Positions 1 to 8,514 of a stretch of 64,000 bases of DNA are shown here, piece after piece. Origin of the DNA: a virus. The notes beneath the pieces are model-generated. The model had not been told where the DNA came from. It did no database searches and worked only from the letters and a program-made list of their open reading frames with translations. The stretch's first letter is position 1; every line of letters starts with the position of its first letter. The stretch is taken from positions 21,775 to 85,774 of IMG/VR virus record IMGVR_UViG_3300005466_000026; one strand, written 5' to 3'. The position numbers and the translations under genes were made by a program.

Positions 1-105
1 CCAGAAGGCGGGCATCCAGAAGAAGGAGGTTCGGGTCAGCGCCGGATCCGGCACCGGAATGGGAATGATGGACGCCGACAGGATCAAGATCAAGAGGGAG
101 ATAGA

Positions 106-384
106 GTGATGCCGGACGTAGTCTTCAGACAGATAACGATGCAGCAGCAGCGTCTGCCGGACGGGACTCTCAGACTAGTAGTTCTGGGCAGATGGCCGTC
201 GCACGTCAGAGCAGCGCTGAGTTTTCTCAGCGGGAGCTACGTGACCGTCGAGGAAGACGGCTGCGTCAAGATCACCGTCGACAACGGATGGGCGAGGTAC
301 CGACCGATGAAGAGTCAGCCGAGCGACGCGTCCTACATGCAGCTCGAGAGAGTGGCGTACGAGAACAGAGGAGAGCAGAGATGA
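106..384 (+). CDS. hypothetical protein
   Basis: 92-aa ORF with AGAGGGAG upstream; stop overlaps the next ATG (ATGA). Confidence 0.6.
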   Translation: MMPDVVFRQITMQQQRLPDGTLRLVVLGRWPSHVRAALSFLSGSYVTVEEDGCVKITVDNGWARYRPMKSQPSDASYMQLERVAYENRGEQR

Positions 385-839
385 CCGAAACTAGCAGAAG
401 AGAGTTCATCCAGTATCTGGCCTGCGTGGCCGCAGCGTCCTCGCCGCTTCCGGCGACGGCGGAGGCGTTCGCGCAGTACTACGAGGCCAACACTCCGCAC
501 GTCGACAGGCTGGTGGCCGTCGACGAGATCTTCCTGTCGGGGACTGCGAGCAGAGGATTCCCGCTGATATTCGATCTGTTCAAGAACGACAAGATGGTGG
601 TGCCCTACGCGATCAATCTGTTCGGCGGCATCATGAGAATATACTTCGGACCAGACCAGAAGATCGTGGCCGGAGAGAGCGACATATTCTGGCAGATGCG
701 CAGGATCGGCGGTCTGGAGTTCGACGACGACGAGTTCTCCTTCAGTCACGTCGTCGGACACGTGACCTACATCGGCATGGACAAGGTCAGACGCTACGCT
801 CAGTTCACCAAGCCGCAGGGCTCAATCATAGACCCGTAG
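381..839 (+). CDS. putative Tat-exported protein
   Basis: ATG at 381 after GAGGAG; N-terminus MTETSRREFIQYLACVAAASSPLPATAEA matches a twin-arginine signal (S-R-R-x-F) with an AxA cleavage site. Confidence 0.65.
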   Translation: MTETSRREFIQYLACVAAASSPLPATAEAFAQYYEANTPHVDRLVAVDEIFLSGTASRGFPLIFDLFKNDKMVVPYAINLFGGIMRIYFGPDQKIVAGESDIFWQMRRIGGLEFDDDEFSFSHVVGHVTYIGMDKVRRYAQFTKPQGSIIDP

Positions 840-849
840 GAGAAGCGCC

Positions 850-1275
850 GTGATACTCAGAACGTGCACGCTGCAGGACGCCCCTCTGCTGGAGGCCTGG
901 GATCCCGAGGGCGAGATGTGGGTCGGGGACAAGACGGAGTTTCTGGCTGACAGGGTCGGCGATCGTAATCTCTGCATGCTCGTCGGCGAGAACGCGGTCG
1001 GCAGATATCCTCTCGCGTGGGGAGCGATCAAGCTGGAGCCAGACTGCTTCGTCCTCGCGTGGTTCGTCGCGCCGCTGTTTCGTCGGTCTGGACGCGGTCT
1101 CAAGCTGGCCAGGATGCTGGTCGACATGGTAGAAGACAGCTACGGACCTATCAAGGCTAGGATCAACGCGAACCGTCCCTACTCCGAGCGGATAGCCGTT
1201 CGTCTCGGGATGGTGCCGGAGGGCGGACTGCTGGAGACCGGAGAGAAGTGGTGGGTGCTGAGAGGGAGGTCGTGA
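850..1275 (+). CDS. GNAT family N-acetyltransferase
   Basis: Motif A VAPLFRRSGRGLKL; C-terminal NRPYSERIAVRLGM resembles the N..S....KLGF motif. Confidence 0.75.
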   Translation: MILRTCTLQDAPLLEAWDPEGEMWVGDKTEFLADRVGDRNLCMLVGENAVGRYPLAWGAIKLEPDCFVLAWFVAPLFRRSGRGLKLARMLVDMVEDSYGPIKARINANRPYSERIAVRLGMVPEGGLLETGEKWWVLRGRS

Positions 1276-1595
1276 TGGGACACCAGCCGAGACCCAGACT
1301 CAGCGAGTACGGAAACCTGATGCCGCAGCCTGCTCCAGGATCCGAGGAGGAGAGATGGCAGAAGATCTACCAGCGTAGAAGAGACGTTCTTGCTGCCGTC
1401 ATCGCCGTCGTGGTCCTGGTCGTGCTGGTGGGCATCCCGCTGACGATCCTGTTCGAGAAGCAGAGTGAGTACGACAAGTTCCGAGCTGAGAGAACGCTGA
1501 TCAAGATCTGCGCCGACGGCACGCGCATCTACGAGTGGAAGGGAGAGCCTATGCTGAGCGACTTCACGAGAGTCAAGAGGGAGGCGTGCCAGTGA
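1275..1595 (+). CDS. single-pass membrane protein
   Basis: Hydrophobic stretch VLAAVIAVVVLVVLVGIPLTILF; GGGAGG RBS. Confidence 0.6.
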   Translation: MGHQPRPRLSEYGNLMPQPAPGSEEERWQKIYQRRRDVLAAVIAVVVLVVLVGIPLTILFEKQSEYDKFRAERTLIKICADGTRIYEWKGEPMLSDFTRVKREACQ

Positions 1596-1912
1596 GACAT
1601 CTCAGACTTCTGCATCAGTTCAACAACGACTATCGCCGCAGAGAGTTCCGCGGCAGACAGTGCGTACTTATCTCGACTGCGGCGATCTGGATCGTGACAA
1701 CGCTGATCACCGGCATGGACGTCATGCTCGCGGTAGCCGCGCTGGAGCTGAGCTGCGCGGTCACAGAGGCGCAGCGGTTCCGCAGAACCGGCCAGTACAT
1801 ACAGACGAATGGTCACATCATGGTCGGAGCGTCCGAGCACGACGAGAGACAGAGGCATCTTCTCAGGAGGGGGTTTCAGGATGACTACACCAGAGCGCTC
1901 ACGCGACAGTAA
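1592..1912 (+). CDS. hypothetical protein
   Basis: GTG start overlapping the upstream stop; GGAGG RBS; hydrophobic central part. Confidence 0.5.
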   Translation: MRHLRLLHQFNNDYRRREFRGRQCVLISTAAIWIVTTLITGMDVMLAVAALELSCAVTEAQRFRRTGQYIQTNGHIMVGASEHDERQRHLLRRGFQDDYTRALTRQ

Positions 1913-2042
1913 CCTGCCGGCGAGAATCCTGACGATGGTCATGATCCTAGTGATAGTAGCCATCATGCTCCAGCTCAAGAGAGTCGAGACGCTGGTGCAC
2001 AAGATAGACGAGAGGCTGTTCAACGTGGAGATGGCCAGATGA
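1881..2042 (+). CDS. small membrane protein
   Basis: AGGAGG RBS; transmembrane segment ILTMVMILVIVAIML. Confidence 0.55.
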   Translation: MTTPERSRDSNLPARILTMVMILVIVAIMLQLKRVETLVHKIDERLFNVEMAR

Positions 2043-2257
2043 GCGCAGATCTTCTCACTAACCTAATTCTGATAGCCTCTATCTCGGTGGTCTCGTACTG
2101 CCTCGGTAGAAGAAAGATGCCGAGCGAGCGAACCATGATCGAGCATCTGGTCAAGCTCCGCGCCAGAAGGATGGTGGAGTTCGTGGCCAGATCCAGGATA
2201 GAAGACGAGATAAACGCCAAGGCGATGACTCTGGCAGGGAGGGCATTCAGGTCGTGA
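2039..2257 (+). CDS. small membrane-anchored protein
   Basis: ATGA overlap; hydrophobic N-terminal helix. Confidence 0.55.
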   Translation: MSADLLTNLILIASISVVSYCLGRRKMPSERTMIEHLVKLRARRMVEFVARSRIEDEINAKAMTLAGRAFRS

Positions 2258-2449
2258 TGCACGAGATCATGAGAAACCCCTGGATCTACCTCGTGGCAGC
2301 ATTTCTGCTGGGACTTCTGTCCGCGATCATGGGAGTACCGCTGTGAATATGTCAGATCCAACCGAGTGGCCAGCACTGGCGATAGCCGTAGTCTGCATGG
2401 GTACGGTCGCGATAGTGCTACTGCTCATACTCAAGTACGGAGCCGCAGG

Positions 2450-2722
2450 ATGACGCTAGAAGAGGAGACTCTGCTCGAGAGAGTGATCGAGCGAATGACG
2501 TGGAAGGAGATACACGCCTATCAGGCCGAGATGCAGAAGGGACAGTCCATCTACGAGGACGCCGGAGGCTTCCTCATGCGCGGTCTGCGCAGGCTGTTCG
2601 GTCTCAAGGAGGTGCGCTACCCGGAGATCATCAACTACCAGAACGCCGCGCGAGCGATGGTGCGCAGCCTCAAGGACCGAGAGTCCCACAAGAAGCCCAA
2701 CAAGAGAAAGTCTAGGCGATGA
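2450..2722 (+). CDS. hypothetical protein
   Basis: MTLEEETLL start with GGAG upstream; coupled to the next gene. Confidence 0.55.
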   Translation: MTLEEETLLERVIERMTWKEIHAYQAEMQKGQSIYEDAGGFLMRGLRRLFGLKEVRYPEIINYQNAARAMVRSLKDRESHKKPNKRKSRR

Positions 2723-3489
2723 CTCATCAGGTCAAGAAGGCCGTCTGCTCCGTCTGCATGAAGGATCTAGACCGCAGCGTGCCGATAGACGCGGAGGAGA
2801 TTACGTGCTTCTTCTGCTGCCAGATACGCGGCGACCCGATAGAGATCGCGAAGAAGTACTCCAAGGGTGGTCGCGCTCGTCTCCAGTGCACGGTGGACGC
2901 AATTCGCAGCGCGAACCACCTCAAGCTGGACGGCGACTTCGTGGAGTGCGGAGTCTGGATGGGCGGTCACGTCATGCTGGCTAGGATGCTCAGCCCTGAT
3001 CGGCGATGCTGGCTCTACGACACGTTCGAGGGGATGCCTCCCCCGGGACCGCACGACATCAAGCACAACAAGCCGGGGGACAATCCGTACCGTGCGTCTG
3101 CGCACATGGCCCGCAAGAACGGACTGCCGATGTCGAGAGCTCCCATAGATCAGGTTATGGACGCGTTCCGGAGCGAGGGGCTGATGGACGACAAGAAGAT
3201 GAGATTCGTGCCCGGACTGGTGGAGGCGACGCTGCTGATGCCGGAGAACCTCCCGGACAAGATCTCGGTGCTTCGCCTGGACACGGACTGGCACGACAGC
3301 ACCAAGATGGAGCTGGAGGTTCTGTATCCTAGGCTGCAGCGCGGCGGCTATCTGATCATCGACGACTTCGGGCACTGGGAGGGCGCGAGGAAGGCGACGA
3401 AGGACTACTTCGCGGCGCACAAGATGGACTTCGGTCGCCTGCGTCACGTCGACTACACCTGCGTCTACTGGATCAAGGGAGAGACGTGA
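2719..3489 (+). CDS. TylF/MycF/NovP-family sugar O-methyltransferase
   Basis: Motifs GDFVECGVWMGG, LYDTFEGMP, LRLDTDWHDST and LIIDDFGHW. Confidence 0.9.
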   Translation: MTHQVKKAVCSVCMKDLDRSVPIDAEEITCFFCCQIRGDPIEIAKKYSKGGRARLQCTVDAIRSANHLKLDGDFVECGVWMGGHVMLARMLSPDRRCWLYDTFEGMPPPGPHDIKHNKPGDNPYRASAHMARKNGLPMSRAPIDQVMDAFRSEGLMDDKKMRFVPGLVEATLLMPENLPDKISVLRLDTDWHDSTKMELEVLYPRLQRGGYLIIDDFGHWEGARKATKDYFAAHKMDFGRLRHVDYTCVYWIKGET

Positions 3490-3645
3490 TGAGCAGCACC
3501 TTCGTCTGGATCGCGACTGGAATGTACGTCGCGCAGGCTTTGGTGTATGCTCTGGAGGGCAGATATCCGCACGTCGCTATCATGGCCGGTTACGTTCTGG
3601 CCAACGTCGGGATAATCTGGAGCGTCAGCTAGGAGGAGAAGAGAG

Positions 3646-3852
3646 ATGGCGAAGCTGCAGGTAGAGGACCTAGAGGTCGGCGACCGCGTGACGCACGCCA
3701 GCGCGGGCGACGGCACCGTCAAGAGGAAGGAGCTCAACAGCGTCACGGTCGTGTACGACATGCTCGATAAAGACGGCATACCGTTCACCTCCAGATACGA
3801 GCGCGAGTGGCTCGCGGAGTACGACTTCCTGACCAAGAAGGAGGGTTTCTAA
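3646..3852 (+). CDS. hypothetical protein (small beta-barrel-like)
   Basis: AGGAGG RBS; LEVGDRVTH..GDGTV pattern. Confidence 0.55.
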   Translation: MAKLQVEDLEVGDRVTHASAGDGTVKRKELNSVTVVYDMLDKDGIPFTSRYEREWLAEYDFLTKKEGF

Positions 3853-4373
3853 TGACCAAGAGAGTCTACATACTGTTCGGCGGCATCTGGAGCTGGGACG
3901 GCGTCGCCACGTCCGCGGGAATGAACATTCTGGCGTCGAAGCTGGCTGCGCTGCCGGACGTCGTCGTCAAGAGCTACTCGTGGGCGGACTACAAGCGATG
4001 CTTCGCCGACCAGAACACAGAGGTCAAGGCGAAGGACAAGATGATCGGGATCGGGTACTCCGGCGGCGGACCGCACATGACGATGATCGCGAACATGATG
4101 AGCCCCTACCGAGAAGTCATGGATCTCATGGTGCTGTACGATCCGTCGCCTCCGCAGTGGATGCAGCGAATTCACGGAAACGTGAAGCGAGCAGTCTGCT
4201 ACCAGAACGAGTCGCCGACTTGGTTCATCTATCCTCTCGGCGCGGCCAAGCTGGAGGCGGCCAGCGACGGACCGAAGATCGAGGTCGTGCCGCTGAACAT
4301 GAACCATCTGGCCGTGCAGTACGACACCGTCCTGCACGACAAGACGGTCGAGTACGTGAGGGCAGTCCGATGA
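3852..4373 (+). CDS. alpha/beta hydrolase-fold protein
   Basis: Nucleophile elbow IGYSGGG, LVLYDP-like strand and a C-terminal His (MNHLAV). Confidence 0.7.
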   Translation: MTKRVYILFGGIWSWDGVATSAGMNILASKLAALPDVVVKSYSWADYKRCFADQNTEVKAKDKMIGIGYSGGGPHMTMIANMMSPYREVMDLMVLYDPSPPQWMQRIHGNVKRAVCYQNESPTWFIYPLGAAKLEAASDGPKIEVVPLNMNHLAVQYDTVLHDKTVEYVRAVR

Positions 4374-5704
4374 GAAGCGATCCGTATCAGACGAGAGCTC
4401 GCGAGCTCTGCTTGGCAGCGGGCGTAGACCCGGACAGCCGCGTCGGCGAAGGCCGAGGAATGCCTGCGTGGTGCGCGTACAGAGACGCCGCGAGAAAGGA
4501 GCACGTCGCAGCGGAGGCGTCCAAGACGGCCGCGGAGATAGCCGTCAAGCCGCAGGATCCCAGGTACAGGGACAGTCCTCTGCGCGTCTTCGGAGAGCAC
4601 GACGACAACACCATCAACCAGATGAAGAACTGCATGAGCGTGGGCAACGCCGTCGCAGGAGTGATCTGCGCCGACGGACATCTGGGCTACGCTCAGCCCG
4701 TCGGCGGCGTGATAGCCTACGAGAAGCAGATCAGCATCAGCGGCGTCGGCTTCGACATCGGCTGCGGAAACATGGCGGCTCGTCTGGACGTTCCCTACTC
4801 GCAGATCAAGGACCGCGTCGGTCCACTGCTGAGGGATATCCAGAAGGTGATATCGTTCGGCGTCGGCAGAACCAACGACGAGCGTGTGGAGCACGCCCTC
4901 CTCGACGACTCCGAGGCGTGGAGAGAGGCCGACAGGGAGGACTACCGCCAGAAGGCGGCAGCTCAGCTCGGCACCGTCGGGTCGGGTAATCACTACGTGG
5001 ATCTCCTGCGAGACGAGGACGGCCTCGTGTGGATAGGAGTTCACTTCGGCAGCAGAGGCCTCGGTCACAGCAGCGCGACCAAGTATCTCAAGGCTGCAGG
5101 AGGCAAGGACGGCATGAACGTTCCGCCCGCAGTGATAGACGAGGACAGCGAGCTCGGTCGGCGCTACATAGCCGCGATGGAGCTGGCCGGACGCTACGCC
5201 TACGCAGGACGCGAGTGGGTCGTCGAGCGAGTTCGCCGAATGATCGGCGGGAACGTTCTCGACACGATCCACAATCACCACAACTACGCCTGGAGGGAGC
5301 GTCACGGAGACAGGGATCTCTGGGTCGTTCGCAAGGGCGCGACGCCAGCATTCCCCGGTCAGCGCGGCTTCGTCGGCGGATCCATGGGCGACGACGCGGT
5401 GATACTCGAGGGAGTCGACAGCCAGGAGGCCAAGGACTCTCTCTACTCCACCATCCACGGAGCTGGCAGGCTGTTCGGCCGCAAGGAGGCCAAGCGACGC
5501 TTCAGCAGGCAGGAGATGGACGCGTGGCTGACGGCGCGAGGCGTGACGCTGGTGGGAGCAGATCTCGACGAGAGTCCTATGGCCTATCGCAGACTGCCGG
5601 ACGTGCTCAAGCATCACTCGCAGTCGGTCAGAGTGCTGCACACGCTGCGACCATTCGCCGTCGCGATGGCGGGAGCGGGCGAGTTTGATCCGTTCAGGGA
5701 CTAG
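4370..5704 (+). CDS. rtcB: RtcB family RNA ligase
   Basis: Motifs ADGHLGY..PVGGV, GFDIGCG, QLGTVGSGNHY, HFGSRG, NHHNYA, RKGATPA, GSMG, HGAGR and DESPMAYR. Confidence 0.95.
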   Translation: MRSDPYQTRARELCLAAGVDPDSRVGEGRGMPAWCAYRDAARKEHVAAEASKTAAEIAVKPQDPRYRDSPLRVFGEHDDNTINQMKNCMSVGNAVAGVICADGHLGYAQPVGGVIAYEKQISISGVGFDIGCGNMAARLDVPYSQIKDRVGPLLRDIQKVISFGVGRTNDERVEHALLDDSEAWREADREDYRQKAAAQLGTVGSGNHYVDLLRDEDGLVWIGVHFGSRGLGHSSATKYLKAAGGKDGMNVPPAVIDEDSELGRRYIAAMELAGRYAYAGREWVVERVRRMIGGNVLDTIHNHHNYAWRERHGDRDLWVVRKGATPAFPGQRGFVGGSMGDDAVILEGVDSQEAKDSLYSTIHGAGRLFGRKEAKRRFSRQEMDAWLTARGVTLVGADLDESPMAYRRLPDVLKHHSQSVRVLHTLRPFAVAMAGAGEFDPFRD

Positions 5705-5809
5705 AGACATGGACAAGGTAGACTTCGTCAACTCGTTCGCGTGGCTGTACGTCAGCGTCCTCGTCGCGGCGTCGGTCGGGTTCTTGTCCTGGATAGCGGG
5801 AGGACACAG

Positions 5810-6001
5810 ATGATCCCAGGTATGGTCTTCAAGTTCAAGCGGTCCGCCGACGGCGGACCCATGACGATCAACGGCGTGACGGTGACGAGAGGCGAGACGC
5901 TGATCATTCGTCACCCAGACGGTCGGCCGGTGGTGGCCGGCGATCTGGAGGCGGGAGTCACGTACGAGGTGGAGAACGGCGTGCTGAGAAGGATAGGCTG
6001 A
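5810..6001 (+). CDS. small protein resembling a tail-fibre module
   Basis: GMVFKFK..GPMTING..IRHPDGRPVVAGDLEAG.TY resembles a segment of the 41322-42299 protein; GGAGG RBS. Confidence 0.5.
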   Translation: MIPGMVFKFKRSADGGPMTINGVTVTRGETLIIRHPDGRPVVAGDLEAGVTYEVENGVLRRIG

Positions 6002-6003
6002 GG

Positions 6004-6243
6004 ATGAGATGCGCTTGGTGCGGCACGCCGACTCTGACTGCCAAGTCTCACCGTCTTCACACGAAGAACTGCGAGGAGCGCAGATGGTGTCAGACGTGCG
6101 GCTGGTGCGACACTCGCCACACGGACGGTAGTCCGGTCGGTGTCATCTTCTCGGACGGTCCGTTTCAGATAGGACCAGTCTGCGACAGCTTCAAGCCGAA
6201 GCCGCGCCGCTACAGAGTACACGGAAGGAGAGTTAGACTATGA
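6004..6243 (+). CDS. Cys-rich (Zn-binding) hypothetical protein
   Basis: CAWC and CQTCGWC motifs. Confidence 0.5.
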   Translation: MRCAWCGTPTLTAKSHRLHTKNCEERRWCQTCGWCDTRHTDGSPVGVIFSDGPFQIGPVCDSFKPKPRRYRVHGRRVRL

Positions 6244-6404
6244 GCAAGCGCAAGAGAGGAGGCGCGAGCGTTCCCTGCATCTGCAGCAAGAGCGCTCCCT
6301 CCAGGGTTCTAGACACCAGACGCAGGCAGTCGTCGGTCATTCGGCTGAGAGTCTGCGTCGAGTGCGGCAAGCAGTTCAAGACCAGAGAGAAGAGGGTGTC
6401 GTGA
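6240..6404 (+). CDS. NrdR N-terminal-like zinc ribbon protein (54 aa)
   Basis: Translated by hand: MSKRKRGGASVPCICSKSAPSRVLDTRRRQSSVIRLRVCVECGKQFKTREKRVS; AAGGAG RBS; coupled at both ends. Confidence 0.7.
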   Translation: MSKRKRGGASVPCICSKSAPSRVLDTRRRQSSVIRLRVCVECGKQFKTREKRVS

Positions 6405-6586
6405 GCGACAGAGTCAGGCTGCTGATCAGCTGCGAGAGGTGCGGCGGGATGAGACTCACCGACTGGAGAGTACTCGAGACGACTCTCGACTGGAGGTACG
6501 TCGAGACCAGCGAGCTCGGCGTCAGGCCTCACAGCCCGGAGACCATGTGCGGCCGATGCCGCAAGCTGGAGAGGAGAGAAGAATGA
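6401..6586 (+). CDS. Zn-finger hypothetical protein
   Basis: GTG start; CERC...CGRC. Confidence 0.5.
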   Translation: MSDRVRLLISCERCGGMRLTDWRVLETTLDWRYVETSELGVRPHSPETMCGRCRKLERREE

Positions 6587-6882
6587 AGAAGCGCAACGTC
6601 GTGATCGACGGCTTCAGGACCGCGGTCTCCGTCGAGGACGAGTTCTGGAGAGAGCTAAAGAGAATGGCGGCCAGAGAAAATACCACTCTCGGCGAGCAGG
6701 TGAGACTTGCCAGCTGCGACCTTCCTACTCACAACCGAAGCAGCGCGGTTCGCTGCTACGTCCTCAAGAGAGTCAGGGAAAAGCATGACGATAGACGGCG
6801 GACTGCGGAAGGAGTTCAGGAGACGCATCAGGGACGTCCACTGGCAGACGATCGAGAGGCTCCTGGACAGGGGCGTCCCTGA
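6583..6882 (+). CDS. ribbon-helix-helix (RHH_4-type) DNA-binding protein
   Basis: KRNVVIDGFRTAVSVEDEFWRELKRMA...NRSSAVRCYVL matches the alphaproteobacterial RHH_4 consensus. Confidence 0.8.
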   Translation: MKKRNVVIDGFRTAVSVEDEFWRELKRMAARENTTLGEQVRLASCDLPTHNRSSAVRCYVLKRVREKHDDRRRTAEGVQETHQGRPLADDREAPGQGRP

Positions 6883-7249
6883 CTCGAACGTCTGCTGCGA
6901 CGGCGTCGACACCTGGATCGAGTACAAGTTCACTCGCAAGTGGTACGTCAAGATCCGACCAGAGCAGATCGGCTGGCACCTGACCCGCGCCAGACACGGC
7001 GGTCGCAGCGTCATAGCCGTGCGGCAGACCATCGCCCCCGGCCCTCGCCGCGGAGACGCCGTGGACGCCCTGTGGTTGATACAGGGCAGCGCGGCTGCAG
7101 TGCTGGCGGAGCATGGTCTGCAGCCGTACCACAGGGTCTTATCGGGAGGTGCTAGGTGGCCTAGGGACGTCCTGGGACGCTGGTACGGCGGACCGGGGGT
7201 TTGGCCGTGGCAGGACGTCAGAGCTGTTCTGGCGGGTCGCCGCGCGTAG
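6785..7249 (+). CDS. VRR-NUC / Holliday-junction resolvase-like PD-(D/E)xK nuclease
   Basis: GVPD...WIEYK...IRPEQIGW...GG pattern. Confidence 0.8.
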   Translation: MTIDGGLRKEFRRRIRDVHWQTIERLLDRGVPDSNVCCDGVDTWIEYKFTRKWYVKIRPEQIGWHLTRARHGGRSVIAVRQTIAPGPRRGDAVDALWLIQGSAAAVLAEHGLQPYHRVLSGGARWPRDVLGRWYGGPGVWPWQDVRAVLAGRRA

Positions 7250-7265
7250 CAGAAGGAGAGGCGAG

Positions 7266-7505
7266 ATGGAGAGCAGGCAGAACGGACCCGGACCAGAGAA
7301 GGTGATCATACCGGCGTCTCTGTACGAGAGACTGAGAAAAGAGGGTCACGACATGAGGCTGTATCAGCCGAGCGAGATGATACCCGCGTGGGAGCCGGAC
7401 GACAGAATGAGCTGGTGGCGCTGGCTACTCGTCGTTCTCATAGTCGCGTTCGTGGTTCTAACGGCGCGAGAGCTGTACGAGATCATCAATCATCCTGGAA
7501 GGTAG
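7266..7505 (+). CDS. membrane protein
   Basis: AGGAG RBS; C-terminal transmembrane segment WLLVVLIVAFVVLTA. Confidence 0.55.
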   Translation: MESRQNGPGPEKVIIPASLYERLRKEGHDMRLYQPSEMIPAWEPDDRMSWWRWLLVVLIVAFVVLTARELYEIINHPGR

Positions 7506-7506
7506 C

Positions 7507-8001
7507 ATGTGGACCGCAGAAGAAGAGGATCTGCTCAAGCAGATGATAGCCGAGGGATTGACGGGAGCTCAGTGCGCGGCTCAGCTGCCCGGGAAGAGTA
7601 GGAACGCCGTGATCGGCAAGGTGCACCGGATGGGGGACCGGATGCCGCGCACGAACAGGCCGCGCAGCAAGAAGACCAAGGTCAGCACGCACGCCAGAGA
7701 CGACGTTCCCTTCTGGCCGCAGTACCCCACGCTGACGACGAGAGGCAGGAAGGGGAGCGACATCCCGAAGCTCAGCAGCTCGGTCGAGGTCGCAGCGCCC
7801 GTCAGTCTTCTAGAGCTGGAGAAGCATCACTGTCGCTGGCCGGTGGACCACGACGGCAGAACGAAGTTCTGCGGCAGAAGTCGCTCCGAGCCTGATCCGT
7901 ACTGCGAGGATCACATGTCGCAGAGTCGTCGCGGAACGCAGAAAGATCCCCCTCCCGACCCTGGATACGGGCCGAGAGGGGGATCGTTTCGGTTTCGCTA
8001 G
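7507..8001 (+). CDS. gcrA: GcrA cell-cycle regulator homolog
   Basis: MWT.E...L.....GL.....A..L.GKSRNAVIGKVHRM N-domain; SLLELEKHHCRWPV...FCG...PYCEDH C-domain. Confidence 0.9.
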   Translation: MWTAEEEDLLKQMIAEGLTGAQCAAQLPGKSRNAVIGKVHRMGDRMPRTNRPRSKKTKVSTHARDDVPFWPQYPTLTTRGRKGSDIPKLSSSVEVAAPVSLLELEKHHCRWPVDHDGRTKFCGRSRSEPDPYCEDHMSQSRRGTQKDPPPDPGYGPRGGSFRFR

Positions 8002-8207
8002 CTCCTCATCTCTAGTCGGGGGTTGATGTTCACCGGCTCCTTCGGCCGCAGCGACATGGGACAGTCGCTCTTGGCGACGTCCGTCACTCGGTCCTGGATC
8101 TTGTGGCAGGTGCTCTCCAGTCCGAGTCCGTCCTTGAAGCTGCAGTAGTTCGCGACGAAGAAGTAGCCGAGGGCTGCTCCTATCGTTATGATCTTGATGG
8201 CTGTCAT
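7998..8207 (-). CDS. small exported or membrane protein
   Basis: MTAIKIITIGAALGYFFVANYC hydrophobic N-terminus; converges on gcrA; start estimated. Confidence 0.45.
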   Translation of the reverse strand: MTAIKIITIGAALGYFFVANYCSFKDGLGLESTCHKIQDRVTDVAKSDCPMSLRPKEPVNINPRLEMRS

Positions 8208-8491
8208 TCGTCGTATCCTCTGAGTTCGTGTGGTTCCACCTTCAGCTTGACCTGCAGAACGCACACCCATCCAGAGGGACGGGGAAATCTGCGGGGGATC
8301 GGTCTACCGACCATGATCCACTCGTCGTACTCGCCGCAGAACTCCCTCACGCACCTCTCGATGCGAAGATAGTCCTGCGTCGTAACTATCATGTTCACCC
8401 ATCCGAGACGATGGGAGGGCGACACGGTCCAGGCCACGCCTGTTCGCTCGTTCCTGACCGTGATGCTTCCTAGTCTAGCCGCTGCCGTCAT
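8204..8491 (-). CDS. hypothetical protein
   Basis: 95-aa ORF in the minus-strand run with GAGGG upstream. Confidence 0.55.
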   Translation of the reverse strand: MTAAARLGSITVRNERTGVAWTVSPSHRLGWVNMIVTTQDYLRIERCVREFCGEYDEWIMVGRPIPRRFPRPSGWVCVLQVKLKVEPHELRGYDE

Positions 8492-8514
8492 GAGTCTAAC
8501 CCTCTAAGGTGTGG

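Noticed and set aside
4229-5914. Long antisense ORFs (also 31242-32930, 43947-45665, 61270-63033)
   Set aside because: Shadow frames opposite well-supported genes, expected in high-GC coding DNA, with no motifs.
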